From Longimicrobiales bacterium (GTDB lineage Bacteria > Gemmatimonadota > Gemmatimonadetes > Longimicrobiales > Gaopeijiaceae), in contig CBDDCX010000008.1 of assembly GCA_965226375.1 (NCBI GenBank), forward strand, positions 1,120,001-1,184,000: DNA of 64,000 bases, given 5' to 3'. This document shows positions 10,054 through 24,031 of this stretch, piece after piece (positions within the stretch are counted from its first letter, which is position 1; every line of letters starts with the position of its first letter). The position numbers were made by a program, and so were the translations under genes. Below the pieces are notes generated by a model. The model worked only from the letters and a program-made list of their open reading frames with translations. It did no database searches and was not told where the DNA came from.

Positions 10054-11057
10054 AGGCGGCCGATGAGCTGGCTAAGCACGTCGGTGTAAAACCGGCGTGC
10101 GCGGCCCTCGAGGTCTCCCGATCGACGTTGTACCGTCGTCGAGGCCCATCAACCGGGCAACAGCAGCCCCGCCCGACGCCCGCCCGGGCATTGAGCGAGA
10201 CGGAACGAGGCGAGGTCTTCGACACGCTGTGTTCGGAGCGGTTCGTGGACCGCTCACCCGCCGAGGTGGTGGCCACGCTGCTCGACGAAGAGGTCTACCT
10301 GTGCAGCGAACGCACGATGTATCGTGTTCTGGCCTCCGAGGTGCCGGTTCAGGAACGCCGGGCGCAGCGCACCCATCCCGAGTACAAGAAGCCCGAGTTG
10401 ATGGCCACGGCGCCGAACCAGGTGTGGTCCTGGGATATCACGCGGCTGCTCGGGCCGAAGAAGTGGAGCTATTACTACCTCTACGTCATCATGGACATCT
10501 ACAGCCGCTACGTCGTGGGCTGGATGGTGGCGGACCGGGAGAACTCGGCCCTGGCCGGCCGGTTGATCCAGCAGAGCTGCCTGAAGCATGGCGTCCAGCC
10601 CCGGGTCCTGACCCTGCACTCGGATCGGGGAGCTCCAATGACGAGCCAATGCACCGCTCAACTTCTCGCTGACCTCGGCGTGACCCGCTCGTTGAGCCGG
10701 CCTCAGGTGTCGGATGACAACCCGTTTTCCGAGGCTCAGTTCAAAACCTTGAAGTACCATCCCTCGTTTCCCGGACGGTTCGGGGATCAGGGCCAAGCCA
10801 AGACGTTCTGTCGATCGTTCTTCCGCTGGTACAATGCCGAGCACCGCCATGGCGGCATCTCGATGCTAACCCCCGAGCAGGTCCACTTCGGGAACGCCGA
10901 TCAGGTCATTGCCGGCAGGAAATCCGTGCTCCGCGAAGCATGGGCCGCTCATCCCGAACGCTTCGTCAGAGGTGTGCCGAAGCCCAAACCGCTCCCGGAG
11001 GCCGTCTTCATCAATCCTCCCATCCCTTCCCTCACCACACAGGACATTGCTCTCTAA
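10050..11057 (+). CDS. IS3 transposase OrfB (rve/DDE)
   Basis: PNQVWSWDIT, DIYSRYVVGW, HSDRG, DNPFSEAQFKTLK; -1 frame relative to OrfA with TTGA overlap. Confidence 0.93.
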   Translation: MKAADELAKHVGVKPACAALEVSRSTLYRRRGPSTGQQQPRPTPARALSETERGEVFDTLCSERFVDRSPAEVVATLLDEEVYLCSERTMYRVLASEVPVQERRAQRTHPEYKKPELMATAPNQVWSWDITRLLGPKKWSYYYLYVIMDIYSRYVVGWMVADRENSALAGRLIQQSCLKHGVQPRVLTLHSDRGAPMTSQCTAQLLADLGVTRSLSRPQVSDDNPFSEAQFKTLKYHPSFPGRFGDQGQAKTFCRSFFRWYNAEHRHGGISMLTPEQVHFGNADQVIAGRKSVLREAWAAHPERFVRGVPKPKPLPEAVFINPPIPSLTTQDIAL

Positions 11058-11114
11058 TTAATCCCGTAGAGTGTCCCATTGTCGTTGACAGGTTCCGGAA
11101 GGCTGTTCAGGCCG

Positions 11115-11143
11115 TTGCCACGTCACCCGGGCTCGGATAACTT
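11115..11143 (+). promoter_or_regulatory. Putative sigma70 promoter for the kdsB operon
   Basis: TTGCCA-N17-TAACTT, 36 bp upstream of the kdsB ORF. Confidence 0.4.
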
Positions 11144-11179
11144 AACTGGCGTGATATTTGCATCTTCGGCCTCCGCCTC

Positions 11180-14459
<3,280 letters not shown>

Positions 14460-14465
14460 ACGCTT

Positions 14466-15035
14466 ATGGAAGAGCGACGAGAAGACATCCCCCCCGACCT
14501 GGCGCTTGCCATTCGGCTCGTGGTGCTGGATGTCGACGGGGTTCTCACCGACGGGGGGATCTACGTCGGGGCCCAGCCGGGTGGCGAGACCTCGGAGTTC
14601 AAGCGCTTCGATATCCAGGACGGCCTAGGCGTGAAGATGCTCGGATGGGCCGGGATCGAGGTGGTCATCGTGTCAGGACGGATATCGGAAGCCACCACGA
14701 GAAGGGCCAGCGAGCTCGGCATAACGGAGTGCCACCAAGATCCGGGAGCCGCCAAGCTTCCCGTAGTGCAAACGCTCCTTGACGAGCGTGGAGTAGCATG
14801 GGAAGAGACCGCGATGGTCGGTGACGACTTGGCGGACCTGCCCGTCCTCGAGCGAGTCGGCCTTCCGGTTGCCGTGGCCAACGCCGTCCCCGAGGTACAT
14901 GACGTATCCGGGTGGATCACCACGGCTCGGGGTGGAGCGGGTGCCGTGCGGGAATTCGCTCGGGCCTTACTCATGGCAAGGGGCGAGTGGGACCGATTGG
15001 TCCAAGAGTACTGTGACGCCCGCTCGGGGTCCTGA
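14466..15035 (+). CDS. kdsC: KDO-8-phosphate phosphatase (HAD)
   Basis: LDVDGVLTDG, DGLG, GDDLADLP, GGAGAVRE. Confidence 0.93.
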   Translation: MEERREDIPPDLALAIRLVVLDVDGVLTDGGIYVGAQPGGETSEFKRFDIQDGLGVKMLGWAGIEVVIVSGRISEATTRRASELGITECHQDPGAAKLPVVQTLLDERGVAWEETAMVGDDLADLPVLERVGLPVAVANAVPEVHDVSGWITTARGGAGAVREFARALLMARGEWDRLVQEYCDARSGS

Positions 15036-15039
15036 CGCC

Positions 15040-16029
15040 GTGAGCGGCGAGCCCGATGTCCCCACCGATTCCGAGCGGGTTCTCCAGGAGGCCAGGCGAG
15101 TCCTGACCGTCGAGGCCCAGGCCGTACAGCGCCTGGCGGAGCGCATCGGCGATGATTTCGTGGAGGCAGTGAATCTTCTGACCGGCTGTACCGGCCGAAT
15201 CATCGTATCGGGCATCGGCAAGAGCGGAATTATCGGTCGTAAAATGGCCGCCACGTTCACATCCACCGGCACGCCCGCGAACTTCCTTCACCCGGTAGAA
15301 GGACTCCACGGGGACCTGGGGATCGTCGGGGCAGACGACGTGGCCATCCTGATATCCAAGAGTGGGGAGACGTCGGAGCTGTCGGGACTGGTGGATTATT
15401 TCCTCCAAGCAGGGGTTCCGATCGTGGCGCTGACGGGCGATCCGAAATCTCCTCTCTCTGCCCTTGCCGCTGTGGCGCTGGACTGCTCGGTGGACGAAGA
15501 GGCCTGTCCCATGGATCTGGCTCCCACCTCCTCGACCACAGCCACACTGGCTATGGGGGACGCCTTGGCCGTGGTCCTACTCCAGCAAAAGGGTTTTCGG
15601 GAACAGGATTTTGCCCTGCTCCACCCCGGAGGATCCCTGGGACGAAAGCTCACGTTGCGTGTAGAAGACGTGATGATCACCGAAGGGTACCCATACCTCC
15701 GAAGGGAGGCCTCGATGCGGGACTGCATCGTCCCGTTGTCCGAGCAGCGAGGGACGGTGCCTATCGTCGATGAGGACCAACAAGTCGTCGGAGTCGTTAC
15801 CGCTGGCGATCTGACCCGCTTGATGGAGCGCCGGGAGGATTTCCTGGACGTGCCTGTCACGGTAGCGATGACCCTTGCACCCAAGGTGGCCCACGCCGAG
15901 GAGCTAGGCTCAGCGGCGATCCACCGCATGGAAACTCACGGCATCATGGCCTTGCCCGTGGTCGATGAAGACCAACGTTTGGGGGGAATCGTCCACCTTC
16001 ATGATCTCATGAAGGCAGGGGCCCTATAG
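15040..16029 (+). CDS. kdsD: Arabinose-5-phosphate isomerase (SIS + CBS)
   Basis: GIGKSGIIGRK, HGDLG, EACPMDLAPTSS, HPGGSLG, CBS pair; GTG start. Confidence 0.93.
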   Translation: MSGEPDVPTDSERVLQEARRVLTVEAQAVQRLAERIGDDFVEAVNLLTGCTGRIIVSGIGKSGIIGRKMAATFTSTGTPANFLHPVEGLHGDLGIVGADDVAILISKSGETSELSGLVDYFLQAGVPIVALTGDPKSPLSALAAVALDCSVDEEACPMDLAPTSSTTATLAMGDALAVVLLQQKGFREQDFALLHPGGSLGRKLTLRVEDVMITEGYPYLRREASMRDCIVPLSEQRGTVPIVDEDQQVVGVVTAGDLTRLMERREDFLDVPVTVAMTLAPKVAHAEELGSAAIHRMETHGIMALPVVDEDQRLGGIVHLHDLMKAGAL

Positions 16030-16031
16030 TC

Positions 16032-16583
16032 ATGGTACGTAATATTTTACGAGTGATCGTCCTGATCTTGGTGGGGGGTCTGACGACTTGCGAAAACCCA
16101 CGCCAGGAGGCGGTGGTCGATCCGGAACTGGAGAATATCGAAGCCGACTATATCATCTTCGGCAACCGCCACTACCTGACACGCCAGGGGATCCGTGAAG
16201 CCCTCGTGGTGGCAGATACTGCCTATTTTTTCAACGACTCCACGGTGGTACTTCTCAGGGGCAACGTGACGTTGACCGCCTACCACGAGGACATTGGGAC
16301 CGAGAAGGCCGTGGTCACCTCAGACCGCGGCCGCCTGAACACCAACGACAACTCCATGGTCGCGTACGGTAACGCCGTGCTCGTGATTGCCGAGGGCCAG
16401 CGTCGTATCGAGAGCGCCGAGCTCAACTATCATCCGGAGCAGGACCGGATCTGGAGTGATTCAGCGACGGTTATGTACGAGGGCCAGAGTATCGTGGAGG
16501 GAAGCGGATTCGACGCCGACCTCGACTTCGACCAGGTGCTGGTGCGGAACGCCCGCACCCGGGGCGGCACCGTCCGCTTCTGA
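16032..16583 (+). CDS. lptC: LPS export periplasmic protein LptC
   Basis: N-terminal hydrophobic segment, beta-jellyroll-like sequence, position between kdsD and lptA/lptB. Confidence 0.75.
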   Translation: MVRNILRVIVLILVGGLTTCENPRQEAVVDPELENIEADYIIFGNRHYLTRQGIREALVVADTAYFFNDSTVVLLRGNVTLTAYHEDIGTEKAVVTSDRGRLNTNDNSMVAYGNAVLVIAEGQRRIESAELNYHPEQDRIWSDSATVMYEGQSIVEGSGFDADLDFDQVLVRNARTRGGTVRF

Positions 16584-18313
16584 TGCGGCGCCATCTCTCG
16601 CTGCTTTATATCCTGCCGGTCGTGTTCCTGTGGGGGGTAACGGCTGTCGTCGCTCAGGATCGTACGTGTGACCTGATCGACTCCCGCCAGGTCAACTCCA
16701 TTACCCAGACCGGTGGGCGGGTAAGCCACGTCACTCGTCCACGCTTTCTGTGTACCGACGGCACGCGCATCGAAGCCGACTCCTCGGTGACGTTCGAGGC
16801 GAATTCCTTCACGCAGCTCTTCGGTAACGTGCTCTTCCGTGACGGCCCCCAAGAGCTCTTGGCAGAACGAGCCCAGTACTTCAGCCGCGCGGGCCGTCTT
16901 CAGGCTCAGGGCTCGGTGAGCCTGACCGATCTAGACGACGGGTCGACCATCACAGGCGAGAACCTGATCATGCTTCAGGCCGGGGACGACCGCCCGGAAG
17001 ACGACATGACCATGCGCGGCGGCCGCCCACATGCTCGCTTCCTGTCGAAGGCGGTGCCCGTATCCGACAGCCTTCCGGCCGACGAACTCGCGCCGGACAG
17101 TATCGAAGTCGAGCCTCGGCTCGCGGACTCGCGGCCGGATTCGCTGCCGGACTCGATCATGGTTGAACCTGATACGATGGCTCTTGAGGAGGCCTCGGCA
17201 GACACGTTGGAAGTCGAGGTCGTCGAACCCGAACCACCGGCCCCTCCGACAACCTTCGATGTCGATGCCGATATGATCCGTCTGGTGGGAGACCAACTGT
17301 TCCAGGCGCGCGGGCGCGTAGAGATTCGCCAAGACTCGCTTTTCGCGTACGGTGACTCGATGCAGTACGCGGAGGACATCGGCACCCTCACGCTGTTTCA
17401 TAATGCACGCATCCTCTCTCCGAACGAGGAATCCGGTGACACGCTCGACGTGAGGGGTGACACCATCGATATGCGACTTCCGAACAATCGCATCGATGAA
17501 CTCGAGGCGCGTGGCCACGCCCACCTGGTCACGGAGTCCGTCGACATGAGGGGCCCCATCGTCCGGATCTTCTTTGTACGTGAAGAACTGGATCGTATCG
17601 TCTCGGTCTTGGGCGCATGGCAGGAAGAAGCGCCCGTCGAGGAAGATCCGTCCGTTGAGGAAGAGAGTGATTCTCTCGAGGTCGAGGTGCCCGACCCCTT
17701 CGCGCGACCACAGGCGACGGCCGAGGACTTTCTCCTGACGGGGGACTCCATAGAGGTGAAAACGCCTGGGGGAGACTTGGAGAGCGTCTTCGCGTCCGGT
17801 GGGGCCCACGGAGTCTCCAGCGGCCGGAGCTCCCTGAACGCCGAGAACGCGCCCGAGTTCATTCGGAACGATTGGATCGAGGGTCAGACCATCACCGCGA
17901 CATTCGTCGAGAACGTGCCCGATTCCACCCCTCGGTCGTCCGCCCCCGGCGAGAGTCGCTACCGTCTCGACTTGTTGGTGGCGCAGGGCGGGGCCCGAAG
18001 TTTCTACCGCTCCGCTGCGGATTCGACCGCCGAGCCCGGCGCCAGCCCGAGCCCACTCGAGCTCAACTATGTGATCGGGGACGAGATCAGGCTGTTCATG
18101 GACAACGGAGAAGTCGATCGTGTGGAGGTGGACAACGCTACGGGAGCCTATTTCCAGCCGGACGGCTCCGGGGCCCCGGCGGGTGAGGCCCCAGTGGGTG
18201 ATACGCTAACGGCTCCACCGCCAGATACTTCGTCCACGTCGCGCGGGCGTAGCAACCCAACAGAGGAAAGCCGCACCAATGAGCGACTTCAACCGAGACT
18301 TCGAAATCGCTGA
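16583..18313 (+). CDS. OstA/LptA-like periplasmic beta-jellyroll protein with acidic low-complexity linkers
   Basis: Signal peptide, repeated beta-strand motifs (GNV, ARGRVEI, GDSI), located between lptC and lptB. Confidence 0.7.
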   Translation: MRRHLSLLYILPVVFLWGVTAVVAQDRTCDLIDSRQVNSITQTGGRVSHVTRPRFLCTDGTRIEADSSVTFEANSFTQLFGNVLFRDGPQELLAERAQYFSRAGRLQAQGSVSLTDLDDGSTITGENLIMLQAGDDRPEDDMTMRGGRPHARFLSKAVPVSDSLPADELAPDSIEVEPRLADSRPDSLPDSIMVEPDTMALEEASADTLEVEVVEPEPPAPPTTFDVDADMIRLVGDQLFQARGRVEIRQDSLFAYGDSMQYAEDIGTLTLFHNARILSPNEESGDTLDVRGDTIDMRLPNNRIDELEARGHAHLVTESVDMRGPIVRIFFVREELDRIVSVLGAWQEEAPVEEDPSVEEESDSLEVEVPDPFARPQATAEDFLLTGDSIEVKTPGGDLESVFASGGAHGVSSGRSSLNAENAPEFIRNDWIEGQTITATFVENVPDSTPRSSAPGESRYRLDLLVAQGGARSFYRSAADSTAEPGASPSPLELNYVIGDEIRLFMDNGEVDRVEVDNATGAYFQPDGSGAPAGEAPVGDTLTAPPPDTSSTSRGRSNPTEESRTNERLQPRLRNR

Positions 18314-19169
18314 CGCTTCCGAAGAAAACGCGGTGAGTGCCGTGATTTCTCAGCTCCCGACCAAGAGTCGCCTCTTCGGTGAGGGTCTGACCAAGGCCTA
18401 CCGAAAACGGCGTGTCGTAGACGGAATCGCCATTTCAGTCGAGCAGGGCGAGATCGTCGGGTTGTTGGGTCCGAACGGCGCAGGCAAGACCACCACGTTC
18501 TATATGCTCGTAGGGCTGATTCCCTCCGATGACGGTAAGGTCTATCTGGACGACCAAGAGCTCACCTCCATTCCGATGTACCGCCGGGCGCGAATGGGAG
18601 TGGGATACCTCGCCCAGGAGCCGTCTGTATTTCGGAAGCTCACGGTCGAACAAAACGTGAAGGCCATCCTCGAGACGCTCAAGCTTTCCCGGGCGGAAGA
18701 GAAGGCCCGTCTGGAGGAACTGTTGGGCGAGCTCTCCCTCGGGCACCTGCGTACCAACAAGGCCTACTCGCTCTCGGGAGGGGAGCGGCGGCGGCTGGAG
18801 ATCACACGTGCCTTGGTACAACGGCCCAAGTTCATGCTGCTCGACGAGCCGTTCGCGGGCATCGATCCCATTGCCGTTCACGATATTCAAGCCATCGTGG
18901 CCAGCCTGAAACAAAGGGGGATCGGGGTCATCATTTCCGACCACAACGTTGAACAAACCCTGGAGATCGTGGACCGAGCGTACATTATGTATGAGGGTAA
19001 GATTCAGGTTAGCGGCACCGTTTCGGAGTTGGTCTGGAACGAAGACGTGGCCGAAATCTACCTGGGGCCGACGCTCACGGAGCGTATGCGGGGCCGATAT
19101 GACCGGCCTCCCGGCGCTGAAAGCAAGATGGCGCCGCCGGCGCCGGAGACCGACGAAACCGATTCGTAG
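18279..19169 (+). CDS. lptB: LPS export ABC ATPase
   Basis: [44 protein letters not shown]. Confidence 0.95.
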   Translation: MSDFNRDFEIADASEENAVSAVISQLPTKSRLFGEGLTKAYRKRRVVDGIAISVEQGEIVGLLGPNGAGKTTTFYMLVGLIPSDDGKVYLDDQELTSIPMYRRARMGVGYLAQEPSVFRKLTVEQNVKAILETLKLSRAEEKARLEELLGELSLGHLRTNKAYSLSGGERRRLEITRALVQRPKFMLLDEPFAGIDPIAVHDIQAIVASLKQRGIGVIISDHNVEQTLEIVDRAYIMYEGKIQVSGTVSELVWNEDVAEIYLGPTLTERMRGRYDRPPGAESKMAPPAPETDETDS

Positions 19170-19187
19170 CGAGTTGCACACGACTTC

Positions 19188-20693
19188 ATGAGCGGATTCA
19201 GCACGAGGCTCTTCCAGAGCCAACAGCTCCGTCAGGAGATGAAGATCAACCCTCGCCTCTACCAGGCGATGGAGTTGCTCTATATGCCGCTCCTGGACCT
19301 TCAGCAGCACCTGAAAACGGAGATGGAAGAGAACCCGTTCTTGGAGATGACCGAGGCCGATGTTCAGGATGAGGTAGAACTCCAGGAGGATGACAAGGAC
19401 GATACGCCCGACGACGACATCGACTGGGAGGAAATTCTCCTGGACGGCTTCGATGCCGGGGGACGACGGGAGCAATACGAGGTGCGAGAGCACTTCGAGC
19501 GGGCCCCGGTCGAAACAACGGACCTGAGGGATCACCTCTACGGACAACTTCGGATGCTCGACATCACCGAGCGAGGAATGCGCCTCGGAGAGGAGATCAT
19601 CGGTAACGTGAACGATGTCGGCACGCTAACGTGTCATCTCGACGCCGTCGTTCTCGGGGTGAATGGTTGGCTTTCCGACCTACGTCCGTCCGCACAGGCC
19701 GAAATCGAGGCCATCGATGACGAACACGAGCGAAAAGCGGGGCAGGAGGAGCTGGATGAGCTCTTCAGGCCCTACGACATCGGTGAAGCCGAAGCGATGC
19801 TCGACAAGGTGCAGGCATTCGATCCCCCGGGTGTTGCGGCGAGGGATCTCCGGGAGTCCATCCTGATTCAGCTCCGCTTGCTAGGGAGGGGCGAGTCCCA
19901 GACGTATGAGGTCGTGGCCGGTCACTTCGAGGACCTCATCAATCATCGCTGGGTCGACGTCGCCCGGGACCTGGGAATCAAGCCCATCGAGGTCCAGGAC
20001 GCCGCCGATGAGATCTCCAAGCTCGACCCGAAACCCGGCCTGAAGTACTCGGCCGACCCCGAGCGTTACATCATTCCGGACCTCATCGTCGAGAAGATCG
20101 ACGGGGAATACATGGTCTTTGCCAACGACACCAGCCTTCCTCGGCTTCGCCTCTCCCAGTCCTACCGGGACGTGGCCAGAAACAAGGGTCAGTTCAAGGG
20201 AGAGAACAAGGAGTTCATCTCCCGGAAGCTGAACTCGGCGAACTGGATGATCCAGGCGATCGAGCAGCGTCGACAGACGATGCTGAAGGTGATGGCGTTC
20301 ATCGTGGACCGGCAGCGCGACTTCTTCGAGTACGGTGTCCAACATCTGAAGCCGCTCACGCTGCGCGAGGTCGCGGACCACATCGAGATGCATGAGTCGA
20401 CCGTCTCCAGGGTCACGAACGAGAAATACGTGCAGACGCCGCGTGGGGTGTTTTCACTCAAGTTCTTCTTCTCCAGTGGACTCGCTACCACGAGTGGAGA
20501 GGACATTTCGGCCAGGGGCGTGAAGGACAAGATGCGGAAGCTGGTCGACGAAGAGGATGCCCGGAAACCCCTCACCGACCAGAAGATCGTGGAGCTTCTC
20601 AGGCTCGATGGCGTGAAGATTGCCCGTCGGACTGTCGCAAAGTATCGGGATCAGTTGGGTGTCTTGCCGGCTCGGATGCGGAAGCGGGTCTGA
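19188..20693 (+). CDS. rpoN: RNA polymerase sigma-54 factor
   Basis: Gln/Leu-rich N-terminus, ENPFLE, HESTVSR, RpoN box ARRTVAKYR. Confidence 0.96.
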   Translation: MSGFSTRLFQSQQLRQEMKINPRLYQAMELLYMPLLDLQQHLKTEMEENPFLEMTEADVQDEVELQEDDKDDTPDDDIDWEEILLDGFDAGGRREQYEVREHFERAPVETTDLRDHLYGQLRMLDITERGMRLGEEIIGNVNDVGTLTCHLDAVVLGVNGWLSDLRPSAQAEIEAIDDEHERKAGQEELDELFRPYDIGEAEAMLDKVQAFDPPGVAARDLRESILIQLRLLGRGESQTYEVVAGHFEDLINHRWVDVARDLGIKPIEVQDAADEISKLDPKPGLKYSADPERYIIPDLIVEKIDGEYMVFANDTSLPRLRLSQSYRDVARNKGQFKGENKEFISRKLNSANWMIQAIEQRRQTMLKVMAFIVDRQRDFFEYGVQHLKPLTLREVADHIEMHESTVSRVTNEKYVQTPRGVFSLKFFFSSGLATTSGEDISARGVKDKMRKLVDEEDARKPLTDQKIVELLRLDGVKIARRTVAKYRDQLGVLPARMRKRV

Positions 20694-21655
20694 TGGAGCA
20701 GGCCCTGCACACCAAGGAGTCCGTCGGTCGGCTTTCACCAGAAGCGCGCCGCGACTTCGCGGTGGTGATTCCCGCCTTCAATGAGGCTCCGGTGGTGCCA
20801 GACCTCATCGCCGAGCTCAGGGCCACTTTCGAGCGTTTTGATCTGGACGGTGAAGTCCTGGTGGTGGACGATGGCTCCACCGACGGCACTGGGGACTTGG
20901 CAGAGGAGCAGGCCGGCGACTGGAGCTCGGTGCGCGTTCTGCGTCATCGGACCAACCTCGGAAAGACCGAGGCCATGCTCACCGCGGCGCGTTCCACCGA
21001 CCGAACGTTCTTGGTTCTTTTCGATGCGGATCTACAGCATCTACCCGATGAGATTCCACGTTTCCTGGAGGCGCTCCATGCCGGCTCGGACATCGTCACC
21101 GGTCGCAAGGTAGGAGCATACGACAAGCGCGCGGTCTCGTCCCTCTATAACGGCTTGAGCCGGCGCATTTTCCGAGTCCCTGTCAGCGACCTCAACTCGA
21201 TGAAGGGCTTCCGGAGAGAAATTCTGGACGAGCTCCATCTTCGCCACGACTGGCATCGTTTTTTTGTAGTCCTGGCCCACGCTCGAGGTTACTCCGTGAG
21301 CGAGATCGACATCGATCTTCACCCGAGGCGAGCTGGAGTGTCCAAGTACACCGGGCTTTTCCGGATCGGCGGTGGGTTGATGGATCTCCTTTCGGTCTGG
21401 TTCCTGCTCCTCTTTTCCCGCAAGCCGCTCATCCTCTTCGGGTTCAGTGGCATGGTACTCATCGGCCTTGGAGCCGTGGTAGGTGGAGTGGCTTTCTGGC
21501 TCCGCTTCGTGGAAGGCTTCGGCTTCAGGCCCCTCCTTTATCTGGTCATCCTGCTCGAGACGGTGGGCTTTCTTCTTGTCGGCGTCGGCCTGCTTGCCGA
21601 GATGATCGCTCAGCTTCGGGAAGAGGTCGACTCCCTCAGGCGCGGCGCTCGTTGA
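20693..21655 (+). CDS. GT2 glycosyltransferase, ArnC/GtrB-like with C-terminal TM helices
   Basis: VVIPAFNE, VDDGSTD, DADLQH, two C-terminal TM segments. Confidence 0.88.
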   Translation: MEQALHTKESVGRLSPEARRDFAVVIPAFNEAPVVPDLIAELRATFERFDLDGEVLVVDDGSTDGTGDLAEEQAGDWSSVRVLRHRTNLGKTEAMLTAARSTDRTFLVLFDADLQHLPDEIPRFLEALHAGSDIVTGRKVGAYDKRAVSSLYNGLSRRIFRVPVSDLNSMKGFRREILDELHLRHDWHRFFVVLAHARGYSVSEIDIDLHPRRAGVSKYTGLFRIGGGLMDLLSVWFLLLFSRKPLILFGFSGMVLIGLGAVVGGVAFWLRFVEGFGFRPLLYLVILLETVGFLLVGVGLLAEMIAQLREEVDSLRRGAR

Positions 21656-21662
21656 GCGCGTT

Positions 21663-22892
21663 TTGTCCGGGGCACTCGTCCAGAGCCCTAAGGCGTGGCG
21701 CTCGTTGAGCGCTTCGTCGGTCCGACCTCCGCGAGTACTCGCCGTGGTCGGGACCCGGCCGGAGGCCATCAAGATGGCCCCGGTCGTGGCCGCCCTAAGG
21801 AAGAGCAGTCAGGTGGAGACCCGACTCGCGATTACCGGGCAACACAGCGACCTCTTGGAGCAGGCCCTGGGCGCCTTCCGACTCGAGGCCGACTACGACC
21901 TCGGTATCATGCGAGAGGGCCAGACCCTGTACGATGTCGGCCACGGTTGTCTCGACGGCCTGAGGGAGGTCGTCCAGGGTTATAGACCGGACATGGTGTT
22001 GGTTCAGGGGGACACCGCGACGGTGTTTTTCGCCTCTCTCGTGTCCTTCTTCGAGAAGGTCCGGGTCGGCCACGTAGAGGCGGGCCTTCGCTCCGGAGAT
22101 AAGTGGGCCCCTTTTCCCGAAGAGGTGTTTCGGCGGCTCACCGATGTGATCACGGACCTCTACTTTGCCCCGACTCTGTTGGGGGCCGAGAGGCTTGTGG
22201 CCGAGGGTGTCGCACCCGAGCAGGTCTATGTTACGGGCAATACAGTCGTCGACGCGCTCCTCGAGGCGATCAGAGCCCACCGAGAGTCGGAGGATCCCTC
22301 ATTGGCCGCTATCCTCGCTGATCGGGACACCCGCCTGGTGCTCCTGACCGCGCATCGCCGAGAATCGTTCGGGCAGCCTTTGAGAGACGTTTTCACTGCG
22401 GTACGTCGCATCGTGGACGAGCAACCGGACGTGGAAGTCCTCTACCCCGTGCACCCCAACCCGAACGTCACCGAGCCGGCGAGGGAGCTCCTCGGCAATC
22501 ATCCGAGAATCCATCTGGTGGAGCCCTTGGTGTACCTGGATCTAGTGACGGCGCTAAAACATGCCGATCTGATCCTCACGGATTCCGGGGGCATTCAGGA
22601 AGAAGCACCGACCTTCGGTACGCCGGTCCTCGTGTTGCGTGAGGTCACAGAGAGGCCCGAGGGCGTAGAGGCCGGGGTAGCCCGGCTCGTGGGCACGGAT
22701 ACAGAGAGAATCGTGGCAGGGGCCCGCGAGCTCCTCGCCGAGCACCCAGCTTCGAGTAATGACGTTCCCAAGGCTCCGGTGAGTACCCCCAATCCGTACG
22801 GAGACGGGAGGGCAGGGGAGCGCATCGCCGACATCGTGATCTCGACTCTGACCGGCTCCACTCGTTCGACATCGGACTGGGACGGGCCGTGA
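21663..22892 (+). CDS. wecB: UDP-N-acetylglucosamine 2-epimerase (non-hydrolysing); true start may be TTG 21705
   Basis: GTRPEAIKMAP, VQGDT, HVEAGLR, HRRES, DSGGIQEE, ERPE, NPYGDG. Confidence 0.94.
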   Translation: MSGALVQSPKAWRSLSASSVRPPRVLAVVGTRPEAIKMAPVVAALRKSSQVETRLAITGQHSDLLEQALGAFRLEADYDLGIMREGQTLYDVGHGCLDGLREVVQGYRPDMVLVQGDTATVFFASLVSFFEKVRVGHVEAGLRSGDKWAPFPEEVFRRLTDVITDLYFAPTLLGAERLVAEGVAPEQVYVTGNTVVDALLEAIRAHRESEDPSLAAILADRDTRLVLLTAHRRESFGQPLRDVFTAVRRIVDEQPDVEVLYPVHPNPNVTEPARELLGNHPRIHLVEPLVYLDLVTALKHADLILTDSGGIQEEAPTFGTPVLVLREVTERPEGVEAGVARLVGTDTERIVAGARELLAEHPASSNDVPKAPVSTPNPYGDGRAGERIADIVISTLTGSTRSTSDWDGP

Positions 22893-24031
22893 ACGTGGCC
22901 ATGCACTGCGTCTACTTCCCACCGGAGGTAGGCGGATTGGAGAGCCATGTCCATTACCTTTGCCGAGGACTTGTCGATCGGGGGTGTGGCGTGTCGGTGG
23001 TCACGTCTCGGTCTCGGAAGGGACTCCCCGCCTACGAGGTCATGGACGGTATCCACGTCTGGCGGACATGGATGCCGGCTCGTAACACTCTGGGCTGGTC
23101 TCTTCACGGCGCGAGCTCCACGCCCAAGCTGGGTCAGGTCGCGCTGCAAGCCGACATCATCCACGCCCAGGCGTTCCAGTCGGTGCTTCCAGCCTTTGTA
23201 GCCAAGCGAGCCGCAAGGATCCCGCTGGTCTCGACCTGGCATACCTCCCACTTCCTCAAGAGGGCCGAAAGCCCGTTCTGGCGCCCGATCTTTCAACGCT
23301 TGTTGCGATGGTCGGATCACAACCTGGCGGCCAGTGTAGAGATCGCTGAGGTGGGCGAGAGCATCGCTCCCGGCGTCAAGGTGGAAGCGCTGGCAAACGG
23401 TGTGGAGACGGATGTCTTCCGCAGGGTCACACCGACTCTGCCTGACACGGAGCGAAGGCGCGTCATCGTGCCCAGACGCCTGTTTCACAAGAACGGCGTG
23501 GAATTCCTGATAAAGGCCATACCACTCATATCGGAGGAGGTGGATGTGGAGGCCGTCATCGTGGGGGACGGGCCTGAGCGGACGACCTTGGAAGCATTGG
23601 CGGGGGAGCTAGGTATAGTCGACCGCGTCCGCTTTCTCGGTGCACAAACACATGCGGAAATGCCTGGACTACTGAGTTCAGCCGAGCTCGCCGTCTTCCC
23701 GTCTCTCATGGAGGCCACGTCCGTGGCGGCCCTAGAGTGTATGGCCTGTGCACTTCCGGTTGCCGCCTCCAACGTGGGCGGTCTTCCCGAGTTGATCGAT
23801 GACGACGTTGGAGGATTGTTCGAGGCCGGCAATCCTACGGCGCTTGCCCGGACCGTACTCTCTCTCTTGCGTCGTGATGACCTTGCGACGGTCGGGACCC
23901 GCGCGAGAGCCAGGGTCGTGGAGCGGTGGAGCAACGCTCGCCTAGTCGATCGGCATCTCGAGATCTACAGGGGGCTTATCGAAGGGCGACGGTCCTCCGC
24001 GAACTCGGCGTCGGTTGTAAGGGGAGAGTAG
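22889..24031 (+). CDS. GT4 glycosyltransferase
   Basis: YFPPEVGG, NGV, GDGPE, EATSVAALECMA, VGGLPE. Confidence 0.9.
   Translation: MNVAMHCVYFPPEVGGLESHVHYLCRGLVDRGCGVSVVTSRSRKGLPAYEVMDGIHVWRTWMPARNTLGWSLHGASSTPKLGQVALQADIIHAQAFQSVLPAFVAKRAARIPLVSTWHTSHFLKRAESPFWRPIFQRLLRWSDHNLAASVEIAEVGESIAPGVKVEALANGVETDVFRRVTPTLPDTERRRVIVPRRLFHKNGVEFLIKAIPLISEEVDVEAVIVGDGPERTTLEALAGELGIVDRVRFLGAQTHAEMPGLLSSAELAVFPSLMEATSVAALECMACALPVAASNVGGLPELIDDDVGGLFEAGNPTALARTVLSLLRRDDLATVGTRARARVVERWSNARLVDRHLEIYRGLIEGRRSSANSASVVRGE

Larger units (their letters stand above)
9531..11097 (+). mobile_element. IS3-family element, copy 1 (apparently intact), non-canonical ends, 3-bp target duplication GAA
   Basis: Near-identical to 32461-34023; imperfect IRs TGCCAACG..GAGACAC (from 9538) and GTGTCCC..CGTTGACA (to 11090) plus 7-bp extensions; GAA at 9528-9530 and 11098-11100. 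Confidence 0.92.

Noticed and set aside
11085..11113. Hybrid promoter from the outward TTGACA at the IS3 right end
   Set aside because: No plausible -10 at 16-18 bp; a native-looking promoter lies just downstream.
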